From: Gemmatimonadales bacterium
Lineage (GTDB): Bacteria > Gemmatimonadota > Gemmatimonadetes > Gemmatimonadales > GWC2-71-9
Assembly (NCBI GenBank): GCA_036555485.1
Contig: DATBLG010000004.1
Span: 2,090-66,089, forward strand
Direction of reading: 5' to 3'
DNA length: 64,000 bases
The position numbers were made by a program, and so were the translations under genes. This document shows positions 1-8,146 of the stretch, piece by piece. The notes under the pieces were generated by a model, which saw nothing but the letters and a program-made list of their open reading frames with translations, was not told the origin of the DNA and ran no database searches. Numbering within the stretch: the stretch's first letter is position 1; each line of letters opens with the position of its first letter.

Positions 1-193
1 GCGTCCTGCAGGCAGTGATCCGGAGCCGCTCGAGCCGCGCCGCCGCCGCTGAAGATGCGACTGCCGCGCGCTGCGTCCGGGCGAGCGCACGGGTGAGCGA
101 CGCCGTTTCGGCGGCGAGCCCCAGGATCCCCACCGCGAACACGACGAGGGCGACGAGCACCTCGACCACTGTGAACCCACGCGCCGCTGCCAT
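1..193 (-). CDS. Prepilin-type N-terminal domain protein (minor pilin-like). Only the 5' part is present; the gene runs off the left edge.
   Basis: My own minus-strand translation from the ATG at 193-191 gives MAAARGFTVVEVLVALVVFAVGILGLAAETASLTRAL... This is a short leader ending in G, then F-T-x-x-E and a hydrophobic helix. It is absent from the ORF track because it is truncated. Confidence 0.6.
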   Translation of the reverse strand, partial: MAAARGFTVVEVLVALVVFAVGILGLAAETASLTRALARTQRAAVASSAAAARLERLRITACRT

Positions 194-275
194 GATGGGC
201 CGAGGATAGTGAAGGTCCCGCGCGGCCGCATAGGGCAAATCCACGCTGCCGTGGGCATTTCCCCGCGAAACGAGA

Positions 276-309
276 GAACCCCGCGCCACCAAACGGCGGC
301 GCGGGGTTC
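276..309 (-). terminator. GC-rich hairpin after the PilX-like gene (possible intrinsic terminator)
   Basis: Perfect 12-bp inverted repeat GAACCCCGCGCC (276-287) / GGCGCGGGGTTC (298-309) with a 10-nt loop, 25 nt past the stop at 334. The minus-strand 3' flank TCTCGTTTCG is only a weak U-tract. Confidence 0.45.
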
Positions 310-333
310 CCGCGATCGGGCCTGCGACGACGG

Positions 334-2151
334 CTAGTTGGGCGTCAACAGGTCCCAGTACGCGGCGACGTTGAACCCGGTGGGCTCCACCTCGAAGTAG
401 TGGCCACGTGCAAAGTGCCCCGTGGTCGGGAAGTACGGCGGCGGATTCGTGAGACCGCACTGGTCATACGAGTACCGCTTGATGTACCCCGAGCCGTTGG
501 TGAGACCGACGGCGCCGCGTTGCTTCTGGATGATGCCACCGGTCAAGAACAGACAGCCGCGGGCGGAATTGACGCCGCCGCACGGCGTGGCGGTCAGATC
601 GACCCACTGGTTGTATTGCTGGACCGTGAAGATCTCGAGCGCCAGTACGAAACCGTGGATGAACTCGTCCTGGGTCTCGTCCCATTGCACATCGGTCCCG
701 CTGCTGCTGATGTACGGAAGCGGATTGTTGAGCAGGTTGTCAGCCACCACGATGGAGTCACCGCTGAACATCCCGAGGATGTCCTTGCAGTTTCCCGCCC
801 CAGGGTTGGTGACGTAGGTGACGTCGTCGGCGAGGATGATGTTCCCCGTCGCCGCGAGCGTGACGCGGCCCCGCAGCTTCCCGCTCACCGCGACCTTTCC
901 CTCGACGTGGACGACGCCCTTGAAGTTCGGGTTCAACCCGCGCGTGATGGGCCACATGTACGGCGCCTGCGCCGCGCCGACCGCGACAATCACCCGTGGG
1001 TCTACGGCACCGGGCCACAGGAGCCAGGTCCCGCGACCGTCGGCAGGCAGGAAGGCGCCCAGGGGATTGAGGATGTCCGACCCGCCCAAGTAACACCGGC
1101 GCGTCGCGCCGCCATTGTTCGGGGCGTTGCTCTTGGAGTCGTTGCCGGCGACCCACAAGACCGAGTGGTTGGCAAACGTGACGAACCCTCCCAACGGGTG
1201 GTTTGTGCCCGCCCCGGTATAGACGTGCCCGCAGTTCGGGGAATTGCGCACGCCGTTGGTAGCGCCTGTACCCGTATAGCTGTTCGTATCCGCGACGACC
1301 CACCAGGCGTTGGCGGCCAGGGGAACCTGGTACACCTTCATGAATCCTTCGTCTTCGTCGGTCGAGTCACCATCGACGTTGAGGTCGAGCGCCACGAACT
1401 CGATGCGCGTCGTGGCCTGCCCCGCGTTGCCGCCCATGGTACTGGTGATTGACGTGCTCCCGATCATGGCCTGGTTTTTCAGCTTGGCCAGGTCGGCGGT
1501 GCCGGGCATCGGGATGATGGGGACGTTTTGCTTGTATCCCTGGTTGTACGTGCCGTACGAGAGCCCCGAGATGGTCGACCCGGTCGACACCGGGCCATGG
1601 AACGTGGCGCCCGAGGACGCGATGTTGATCACGTCGTTGGAATGCACCGGCCCGAAGATCTGGTCGCCATTGGCGAAGTAGATCAGTCCTTCGATCGTCG
1701 TGAAATAGGCGTACTTGGAGAAGCTCTCCTGGAACACCTCACCGCGCCGCACCACCCGGTTGCCCTGGGGGTCCTCGGCGACAGCCACGACGCTCCCGAA
1801 CACGCCGTACTGGCCGGTGGTCACGCCGCTCGGTCCGACATAGAGCCAGCGCTTCACGTTGGGAATCACCGAGCCGTCGGCCGCATACACGGTCGCGCCG
1901 GCCTCGATGGTGTTGAACCCCGAGTCAGGGTACTGCGTCTTGTCCCCGTTGATCAGGGACCGGGCCTCCTCCAGGCCGGCGTCCGCCACCGTCTCGAGGA
2001 CGCTGAGCCGAGCCTGGTGCCGGCTGATGAGGTTGGTGTTCGAGCCCAGCATCGCGGCACCCGCGATGATGGCCGCGACGGCCAGCACCACCAGCAGCAC
2101 GACGACCAGCGCGATGCCGCGCTCATTCCCGATTACCCGATGGGTCCGCAT
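334..2151 (-). CDS. PilX N-terminal-domain pilus assembly protein (large, 605 aa)
   Basis: The N-terminus MRTHRVIGNERGIALVVVLLVVLAVAAIIAG follows the E-x-G plus hydrophobic helix pattern of PilX_N proteins. There is a GAGGA RBS upstream of the ATG at 2151. It is the last gene of the minor-pilin operon. Confidence 0.65.
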   Translation of the reverse strand: MRTHRVIGNERGIALVVVLLVVLAVAAIIAGAAMLGSNTNLISRHQARLSVLETVADAGLEEARSLINGDKTQYPDSGFNTIEAGATVYAADGSVIPNVKRWLYVGPSGVTTGQYGVFGSVVAVAEDPQGNRVVRRGEVFQESFSKYAYFTTIEGLIYFANGDQIFGPVHSNDVINIASSGATFHGPVSTGSTISGLSYGTYNQGYKQNVPIIPMPGTADLAKLKNQAMIGSTSITSTMGGNAGQATTRIEFVALDLNVDGDSTDEDEGFMKVYQVPLAANAWWVVADTNSYTGTGATNGVRNSPNCGHVYTGAGTNHPLGGFVTFANHSVLWVAGNDSKSNAPNNGGATRRCYLGGSDILNPLGAFLPADGRGTWLLWPGAVDPRVIVAVGAAQAPYMWPITRGLNPNFKGVVHVEGKVAVSGKLRGRVTLAATGNIILADDVTYVTNPGAGNCKDILGMFSGDSIVVADNLLNNPLPYISSSGTDVQWDETQDEFIHGFVLALEIFTVQQYNQWVDLTATPCGGVNSARGCLFLTGGIIQKQRGAVGLTNGSGYIKRYSYDQCGLTNPPPYFPTTGHFARGHYFEVEPTGFNVAAYWDLLTPN

Positions 2152-2172
2152 ACAGATGTTCCTCTTTCGTCC

Positions 2173-3339
2173 TTAAGGAATGTTGACTTGCAGAGTCTCG
2201 ACCCGGGTAGACGTCAGCGGCGTACAATCCTGCGCCGCCAGCCCGTAGATGTACGAGCTCCCGGAAACGACAGCCGCGTCGGTGTACCCATAGACGGGCA
2301 GCCCGGCCGGCGGGATGCTCAGGTACGGATCGCCGAACGCCAGCTCCGTACTGAGGCGACGCCAGATGACATACCGCTGCACGTCTTTTTCTCCACCCAC
2401 CTCGTCAACCGCCGCGTTCCAGGCCAGGTCCACTCCGCCGGCAACCGGATTCCAGGTCGCCGTCAGTCCAACGCCGAGGATTGGCTCGTCGCCGCACGTT
2501 TTCTTGTTCGCCAGGCCGACGTTGGGCAGGCGCATGTAGCGGCTCAGCGCCCGCGTCCGCTCCGCCGTGCCGGTGAGACCGTTCGTCACGGTAAAGCTGA
2601 CCTGCACCGCCCGAACGCTGTCGATGCGTGACACCGCACCGGTATCGCTCAGCGCCAGATGAATGGGCACCGAGTGCTGCCAGGGAAGGGTCGCGTTCGC
2701 GACCAGGGCGAGCGTCGGATTCCCGGACACCATGGCGAGCCGGTGGTACCGGAAGAAGGGCACTCCCGTCGTCTGGAGGATGTTCCGCGACACGAGCTCG
2801 GGAGTCAGGTTGTTGACCTGGCGGTACAGGATGAAATCATCGACCCGGGCGGTCGTCGAATCCGTCACGAACCAGAAGGTGATGGTTTCGGCATCGCTGT
2901 TGATGCCAAGCTCGACATACGATGTGTCCGGATACGCGAACGAGGTCGTGGGAAGCGTGATCCGCTCGGCCTTGGTCATCGCGGCCGTGCTGCCCGTGAC
3001 GGCGTCGGGGTTGTAGTAGACCGCGAACACGTCCCCAGGGGTGTTCGTGAGGTAGTTGGCGTTGAACGCCAACGTCGATGCCCCGATGTAGATCAGCGGC
3101 GGCTGGATGTCGGGAGCGCCGGCGCCCGCGGTGCGCAGATCCTTCTCCAGCAGGTCGATCGCGAAGCGGCCGTTCTGCAGCATGGCAACGCGTTGGCTGC
3201 CCAGGGAAAAGCTGCGTCCCTGCGCGCGCAGGAACGCCAGCGCGCCCGCGAGCACGGCCGAGAACACCACCAGGGCCACCAGCATTTCGATGAGGGTCAA
3301 GCCGCGCTCATCGGTCGGGCGTCGAAGCATGTTCGTCAT
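2173..3339 (-). CDS. PilW-like minor pilin (prepilin-type N-terminal methylation domain) with an FN3-like C-terminal module
   Basis: MTNMLRRPTDERG|LTLIEMLVALVVFSAVLAG is a prepilin cleavage/methylation motif. The C-terminus has WNAAVDE..VQRYVIWRR..YTDAAVVSGSSYIYGLAAQD. The start overlaps the upstream stop as ATGA (3336-3339). Confidence 0.7.
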   Translation of the reverse strand: MTNMLRRPTDERGLTLIEMLVALVVFSAVLAGALAFLRAQGRSFSLGSQRVAMLQNGRFAIDLLEKDLRTAGAGAPDIQPPLIYIGASTLAFNANYLTNTPGDVFAVYYNPDAVTGSTAAMTKAERITLPTTSFAYPDTSYVELGINSDAETITFWFVTDSTTARVDDFILYRQVNNLTPELVSRNILQTTGVPFFRYHRLAMVSGNPTLALVANATLPWQHSVPIHLALSDTGAVSRIDSVRAVQVSFTVTNGLTGTAERTRALSRYMRLPNVGLANKKTCGDEPILGVGLTATWNPVAGGVDLAWNAAVDEVGGEKDVQRYVIWRRLSTELAFGDPYLSIPPAGLPVYGYTDAAVVSGSSYIYGLAAQDCTPLTSTRVETLQVNIP

Positions 3340-3716
3340 GGGGCCGCCACCGTCACCGTCCGGACGACCGCCGGGGAGACGCCCGGACCGGTGACCCGCA
3401 CGGTGACTTTCTTGTAGTCGTTGGGTTGCCCGACCCCGCCGGTCCGCACGATGCTCGTCACGCGCGTGAACCCGGACAGCGTCGGGAACGTGGTTTCGGT
3501 CGCCGTATAGGCGGTATCGAGGGCGTCGTAGCGCGGATCGGCACGGATCTGCTCCACTCGATCGAGCGCCAGCTGGATCGCCGCATTCTGGTTCCCGCTC
3601 GTGGTGGCGATGTGCACCGTTTTCCCCGTCGTGCTCGCCAGCATCATCATGACCACGAGCAGAATGGTGAGGGCCAGGATGACCTCGATCAGGGTGAAGC
3701 CGCTTTTGTTGTTCAT
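3336..3716 (-). CDS. PilV-like minor pilin
   Basis: 126 aa; MNNKSG|FTLIEVILALTILLVVMMMLAS is a prepilin N-terminal motif. The size and operon position fit PilV. Confidence 0.7.
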   Translation of the reverse strand: MNNKSGFTLIEVILALTILLVVMMMLASTTGKTVHIATTSGNQNAAIQLALDRVEQIRADPRYDALDTAYTATETTFPTLSGFTRVTSIVRTGGVGQPNDYKKVTVRVTGPGVSPAVVRTVTVAAP

Positions 3717-3717
3717 G

Positions 3718-4350
3718 TCAGAACGCCCTCCGCCACGACGGCGGCCCGTAGCGATACCAGGACGCGCGGCCGGTGGCCCGTTCGAGCTCGATGGCGCGCG
3801 TGTCTTCCACGTGGGTGCCCGACGTCGCCGCCCGCACCGAGGTCAGATAAAAACCCCCGGCCTCGCTGGCGCTGCCGTCCCGGTGGAACACCACCGCCGG
3901 TAGTCCATTGACCATTTTCGTGAACGTCACGGGGCCGGGACCCATCGGGCGGGCCGGGGCGCTGGCACGGCCGAACACGACCCCTTCTCCCAACGCGACG
4001 CCACGCACCCGCTCGCCTGTCTCGACCAGCCCGTTGTTGTTCTTGTCGTCATGGATGCGGATCAGCCCTTGGGGCGCGTTGAAGGTCAGGATGACGTCGT
4101 GCTGCTGGGTGATGGCCTGCCGCTCCGCCGCGAGCAACGTCATCCCCACGCCCTGCATGTCCGCCTCCAACTTGAACCGGGTGATGTCGATCTTCGGCGC
4201 GACGATCGCTACGACGAGTCCGAGGATGGCCATCACGATGAGGATCTCGATCAACGAGAACCCGGCCGTAGACGCCGGAGCGCCCGCCGCACCGCGGCCA
4301 GACATCAGCCCCGACGCTCCTTCTCCTGCGCTCCATAGGTGCCGTTTCAT
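3718..4350 (-). CDS. FimT/GspH-like minor pilin
   Basis: Contains ...STAG|FSLIEILIVMAILGLVVAIVAPKIDITRFK. The ORF track extends to 4425. I prefer the ATG at 4350 (GGGAGGA 7 nt upstream). The ATG at 4305 (AAGGAG upstream, 15-aa leader) is an alternative. Confidence 0.7.
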   Translation of the reverse strand: MKRHLWSAGEGASGLMSGRGAAGAPASTAGFSLIEILIVMAILGLVVAIVAPKIDITRFKLEADMQGVGMTLLAAERQAITQQHDVILTFNAPQGLIRIHDDKNNNGLVETGERVRGVALGEGVVFGRASAPARPMGPGPVTFTKMVNGLPAVVFHRDGSASEAGGFYLTSVRAATSGTHVEDTRAIELERATGRASWYRYGPPSWRRAF

Positions 4351-4486
4351 GCCAATCCTCCCTGGGTTCGCCGGCTTGCAAGTACAGGAACCGTGCCCAC
4401 CATCATTTCGTTGCGATATAAGCACTTACATAATTGCGTGCCAGCCTTGAACCGCGCAATTGTCTGCATTTATGCAAAAAGTTGCG

Positions 4487-5836
4487 CTATTCGAGATGGT
4501 ACCGATGCATCTTGTAAAACAGCGTCCGGAGGCTGATCCCGAGCTGCTCGGCGGCCGCTCGACGGTTGCCGTCCGCGGCCTGGAGGCCCTCGAGGATCGC
4601 TTGCCGTTCGGCCTGCTCGGCGATCTCGCGCAACGTCCGACCGGCTGCTCCGGGAACCGGTGGGGCAACGGCTGGAGCGGAATCCTGGCGCAGGTCGTCG
4701 GGCTGCAGCAGCTCATGCCCAGACAGCACGGCCGCACGCTCGATCGCGTTTTCCAGCTCCCGGACGTTCCCCGGCCACCGTTGTGCTTGCAGCCAGGCCG
4801 CCGCTTCGGGGGTGAAGTCGATCAGTCGTCCCAGGCGTCGCGCCAGGCGCGCCGCGAAGTGCCGGGCGAGCGGCAAGATGTCTTCGCGGCGCTGCACCAG
4901 CGGGGGCAGCAGGATGGTGACGACCTTGAGGCGATAAAACAGATCCTCGCGGAAGCGCCCGGCGGCCACCTCGACGTCGAGCGACCGTGCGGTCGCCGCC
5001 AGGAGACGCACATCCACCCGGCGGGTCTTGTTGTCCCCGACCCGGCGGATCTCCTCCTCCTGCAGCACGCGCAGCAGCTTCGCCTGCAGCCCGAGGGGCA
5101 TCTCGCCGATCTCGTCCAGCAGCAGCGTACCGCCATCCGCCTGCTCGAACAGACCGGACTTGTCACCGGTGGCCCCGGTGAAGGCGCCGCGCACGTGGCC
5201 GAACAGCTCGGATTCGAGCAAGCTCTCCGGGATTGCCGCGCAATTCACTCCGATGAAAGCCGCTCCCGCCCGTGGACTGGCGCGGTGGATTGCGTGCGCG
5301 ATGACTTCCTTCCCGGTGCCGCTCTCCCCGGTGATCAGGACCGTGGTCTTGTGCTCGGCGACGCGCTCCACCAGCTCCATGGCGGCCTGCATCGCGGGAC
5401 TGGCCACCACGAGGGCGCGGGCCTCCGGACCACGGTCGAGCTGCGCCCGCAGACCCACGACGGTCCGGCGCAGGCGCTCCCGCTCCTCCGCCTTGCGCAG
5501 CGCCAGCACCACCTCGTCGGGACGAAATGGTTTGGGGACATAGTCGTAGGCCCCCTCCTTCATCGCAGCCAGCGCGGCATCCTCGCCACCATAGGCGCTC
5601 ATCATGATGACCAGCGCGGTCCCGCCCCGATCCCGATAGCCGCGCAGAAACTCGATGCCGCTGAGCTGAGGCATCCTGACGTCGCACAGCACCAGGTCGA
5701 ACGACTCCGCGAGGGCCCGCTCCAGCCCGCGTCGCCCATCGCTTTCGGCGACCACGTCATAGCCCGCATCGCCCAGCAGCAGGCCCAGCGATTGGCGCAG
5801 CCCCGGCTCGTCATCCACGATGAGGACCCGACTCAC
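4487..5836 (-). CDS. Sigma-54-dependent response regulator (NtrC/PilR family: REC + AAA+ + Fis-type HTH)
   Basis: REC domain [27 protein letters not shown]; Walker A GESGTGKE; GAFTGA loop; C-terminal HTH AAAEQLGISLRTLFYKM. I set the start at GTG 5836-5834, which overlaps the kinase stop (GTGA). The 6175 start in the track is an artefactual extension. Confidence 0.85.
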   Translation of the reverse strand: MSRVLIVDDEPGLRQSLGLLLGDAGYDVVAESDGRRGLERALAESFDLVLCDVRMPQLSGIEFLRGYRDRGGTALVIMMSAYGGEDAALAAMKEGAYDYVPKPFRPDEVVLALRKAEERERLRRTVVGLRAQLDRGPEARALVVASPAMQAAMELVERVAEHKTTVLITGESGTGKEVIAHAIHRASPRAGAAFIGVNCAAIPESLLESELFGHVRGAFTGATGDKSGLFEQADGGTLLLDEIGEMPLGLQAKLLRVLQEEEIRRVGDNKTRRVDVRLLAATARSLDVEVAAGRFREDLFYRLKVVTILLPPLVQRREDILPLARHFAARLARRLGRLIDFTPEAAAWLQAQRWPGNVRELENAIERAAVLSGHELLQPDDLRQDSAPAVAPPVPGAAGRTLREIAEQAERQAILEGLQAADGNRRAAAEQLGISLRTLFYKMHRYHLE

Positions 5837-6963
5837 CGCCCCGCCTCCGGAAAGAACAGCTTGAACGCCGCACCACCCTCGCGCGCCTGCTCGAGCCACA
5901 CGACCCCACCCATGTCGTAGACCGCTCGGGCCACGATCGCGAGCCCAAGGCCGGTGCCCCGGCCGGGCTCCTTGGTGGTAAAGAAGGGCTCGAAGATCTG
6001 CTCGCGATCCCCTGCACGCACTCCCGGCCCCGAGTCGGCGACGAAGATCAGCACCCCCGGCGCGCCCGCGGCGATCTCGCTGCGTGAGGGCCGCCGTCCC
6101 GGAGCCCTGGGGAAGACGGCGTCGGCGGCGTCGCTGGCCCGTCGCGAAATCAGACGGGCCGGCTGATAGGCCCACGGGCGCGCCCCAAGCACCAGGTCGC
6201 CGTCCGGAGCGGCATCGACGGCGTTGAGCAACAGGTTGACCACGGCCTGCTCCAGGAGGTGCGCCCGGCCCAGCACGGCTGGGAGGTCGGCCGGCAGGTC
6301 GAGCCGGGCCCGCACCGACCGCAGCGTCCCCTGGGCCTGGAGCAGCTCGAACGCCGCGGTGAGCACGACCCCGACGGAGACCGGCTGGGGCGCTTCATCG
6401 TGCGGGCGGGCATAGTCGAGGAGGCTGCGGATGATGCGGTCGATACGGTCGAGCTCGCGGGCCAAGGCGTCGGTCACTTCAGGGTCGCCGCCCCGCTTCC
6501 GCAGCACTTCGACGTACGTCGCCGCCCCGCCCAGCGGGTTGCCGATCTCGTGCGCGATTCCGGCGGCCAGACGGCCGACGCTCGCCAGCTTCTCGGCGCG
6601 CACCAGCTGACTCTGGGCGTCGAGCAGGTGATCCGTCATGCGGTTGAACCGGTCAGCCAGGGTGGAGAAGTCGTCGGTTTCGGCCTGCGGCGCGCGGGCG
6701 TCCAGATCGCCGGCAATGACCGCATCCGCGGAGGCCTTGAGACGCTGCATCGGCTTGAGGATCAGGCGGGTCACCAGGTAGTGGCCGAAGGCAATGAAGA
6801 TGACGACATCCCCGGCCACGACCGCCAGGACGAGAGGAAAGGCCCGCTCGGGAGCGAGGGTACTCGCCAGAAGACTGGTGGCGACTCCTAGGATGAGCGC
6901 TGTCGCCGCGAGGAACGCCAGCTGGACGAGGAGAACAGTTCTCAGTGGGGGTTTGACGGCCAC
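5833..6963 (-). CDS. Sensor histidine kinase (2 TM, minimal periplasmic loop, HAMP, HisKA, HATPase)
   Basis: Two N-terminal hydrophobic helices, a HAMP-like segment, the H-box [13 protein letters not shown] and the G2 box [11 protein letters not shown]. It is translationally coupled to the downstream regulator. The start is GTG at 6963. Confidence 0.8.
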   Translation of the reverse strand: MAVKPPLRTVLLVQLAFLAATALILGVATSLLASTLAPERAFPLVLAVVAGDVVIFIAFGHYLVTRLILKPMQRLKASADAVIAGDLDARAPQAETDDFSTLADRFNRMTDHLLDAQSQLVRAEKLASVGRLAAGIAHEIGNPLGGAATYVEVLRKRGGDPEVTDALARELDRIDRIIRSLLDYARPHDEAPQPVSVGVVLTAAFELLQAQGTLRSVRARLDLPADLPAVLGRAHLLEQAVVNLLLNAVDAAPDGDLVLGARPWAYQPARLISRRASDAADAVFPRAPGRRPSRSEIAAGAPGVLIFVADSGPGVRAGDREQIFEPFFTTKEPGRGTGLGLAIVARAVYDMGGVVWLEQAREGGAAFKLFFPEAGR

Positions 6964-6977
6964 GGCCGGTCACCCAA

Positions 6978-7011
6978 ACAGGAACGGCGGGGAAGTCCCC
7001 GCCGTTCCTGT
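6978..7011 (-). terminator. Hairpin terminator downstream of pilA1
   Basis: 15-bp stem ACAGGAACGGCGGGG / CCCCGCCGTTCCTGT with loop AAGT, 23 nt after the pilA1 stop. On the minus strand it is followed by TTTGGGTG. It ends 15 nt before the kinase start codon. Confidence 0.55.
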
Positions 7012-7033
7012 CCCAGATATCACGCCTGAGAAC

Positions 7034-7402
7034 CTACTTGCACTTCGGCTCGCCTTCCTTGGTGGCCTGGGCGATCGCCGTGCTGCCGATGAAGATCGCG
7101 CAGGTCTTGGACGTGTTCAGATTGGTCATTGTCGCCGTCCAGCCGTCGGCGGTCAACGCAATCGTCGGCGTGCCGTTCCCGGTCGTCACGGCGAACGCCG
7201 TGCCGAGGCTCGTGGTGTACTTCACGGAATCCGCGAAGTACGCCTCTTCCGCCGTCACCAGGTTGCGGAGATCCGACTTCATCGAGGCGAGGTACGCCTT
7301 CTCCTTCGTGTTGGCAAACTTCGGGATCGCGATGGCGGCCAGAATGCCGATAATCACCACCACGATCAGCAGCTCAATGAGCGTGAAACCCTTGCGGTTC
7401 AT
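7034..7402 (-). CDS. pilA: Type IVa major pilin PilA (copy 1)
   Basis: MNRKG|FTLIELLIVVVIIGILAAIAIPKF is a canonical short-leader prepilin. There is a C-terminal Cys pair (C101, C121). I chose the ATG at 7402 (GGGAGAA RBS), not 7462 as in the track. Confidence 0.9.
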   Translation of the reverse strand: MNRKGFTLIELLIVVVIIGILAAIAIPKFANTKEKAYLASMKSDLRNLVTAEEAYFADSVKYTTSLGTAFAVTTGNGTPTIALTADGWTATMTNLNTSKTCAIFIGSTAIAQATKEGEPKCK

Positions 7403-7457
7403 CTCGTTCTCCCGGGTTAAGAAATGATGGGCGCCTGTTGTTCCCGACGAGAGCATC

Positions 7458-7473
7458 GGCAAGGCCTGTGCCC
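7458..7473 (-). promoter_or_regulatory. Sigma-54 (-24/-12) promoter for pilA1
   Basis: The minus strand reads GGGCACAGGCCTTGCC. This is GGCAC-N5-TTGC with canonical GG-to-GC spacing, 56 nt upstream of the pilA1 ATG. Two sigma-54 activators are encoded nearby. Confidence 0.6.
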
Positions 7474-7567
7474 TGCTTCGAGCCGCCGCCTAAGCCGATA
7501 CAACATAATGCCTTGGGGGGTCCGGGAACAACCTGCCACGGGTGGCCTGAAGGCCCCGACCCACGCG

Positions 7568-7590
7568 TTTTGCAAGGTCCCGCTTGCAAA
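7568..7590. promoter_or_regulatory. Perfect inverted repeat; candidate enhancer (UAS) for a sigma-54 activator
   Basis: TTTGCAAG-GTCCCG-CTTGCAAA (8-bp arms, 6-bp spacer) lies about 95-117 nt upstream of the -24 element. The protein that binds it is unknown. Confidence 0.35.
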
Positions 7591-7658
7591 CGCACGGCCG
7601 AGCAAGACTAGGATCTGTCGGGCTTTTGCTTACCCTGCGAGGGCACCAAAGGCCTAAG

Positions 7659-7691
7659 ACAGGAACGGCGGGGAAGCCCCGCCGTTCCTGT
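7659..7691 (-). terminator. Hairpin terminator downstream of pilA2
   Basis: Same 15-bp stem as 6978-7011, but the loop is AAG (1-nt deletion). It lies 23 nt after the pilA2 stop. Confidence 0.55.
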
Positions 7692-7713
7692 CCCAGATAT
7701 CACGCCTGAGAAC

Positions 7714-8082
7714 CTACTTGCACTTCGGCTCGCCTTCCTTGGTGGCCTGGGCGATCGCCGTACTGCCGATGAAGACCGCGCAGGTTTTCTTGGTGTTCAG
7801 ATTGGTCATCGTCGCCGTCCAACCGTCGGCGGTCAAGGCAATCGTCGGCGTGCCGTTCCCGGTGGTCACGGTGAACGCCGTGCCGAGGCTCGTCGTGTAC
7901 TTCACGGAGTCCGCGAAGTACGCCTCTTCCGCCGTTATCAAGTTGCGGAGATCCGATTTCATCGAGGCGAGGTACGCCTTCTCCTTCGTGTTGGCAAACT
8001 TCGGGATCGCGATGGCGGCCAGGATACCGATAATCACCACCACAATCAGCAGCTCAATGAGCGTGAAACCCTTACGATTCAT
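7714..8082 (-). CDS. pilA: Type IVa major pilin PilA (copy 2)
   Basis: 122 aa. It differs from copy 1 at four residues (V49I, A71T, S98K, I103V). The start is the ATG at 8082 (GGGAGAC RBS). Confidence 0.9.
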   Translation of the reverse strand: MNRKGFTLIELLIVVVIIGILAAIAIPKFANTKEKAYLASMKSDLRNLITAEEAYFADSVKYTTSLGTAFTVTTGNGTPTIALTADGWTATMTNLNTKKTCAVFIGSTAIAQATKEGEPKCK

Positions 8083-8146
8083 CTCGGTCTCCCAGGCTTG
8101 AATGGTGTTGGGCGCTGACAAAAGCTATCCATTTGGGGCAAGGCGG

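Larger units (their letters stand above)
6978..8118. repeat. Direct duplication of a roughly 460-bp pilA unit (terminator + gene + about 35 nt of leader)
   Basis: Region 6978-7437 aligns with 7659-8118. The stop-to-terminator segments are identical apart from one loop base. The copies are separated by about 220 bp of unique sequence carrying the sigma-54 promoter. Confidence 0.9.

Noticed and set aside
8083-8146. Possible sigma-54 promoter for pilA2 (TGGATAGCTTTTGTCA, or GGCCCTAGCCGCCTTGCC, on the minus strand)
   Set aside because: The first lacks the GC dinucleotide at -12 (it has TC). The second has the elements 3 nt too far apart. No acceptable -24/-12 pair exists in the 64-nt gap.
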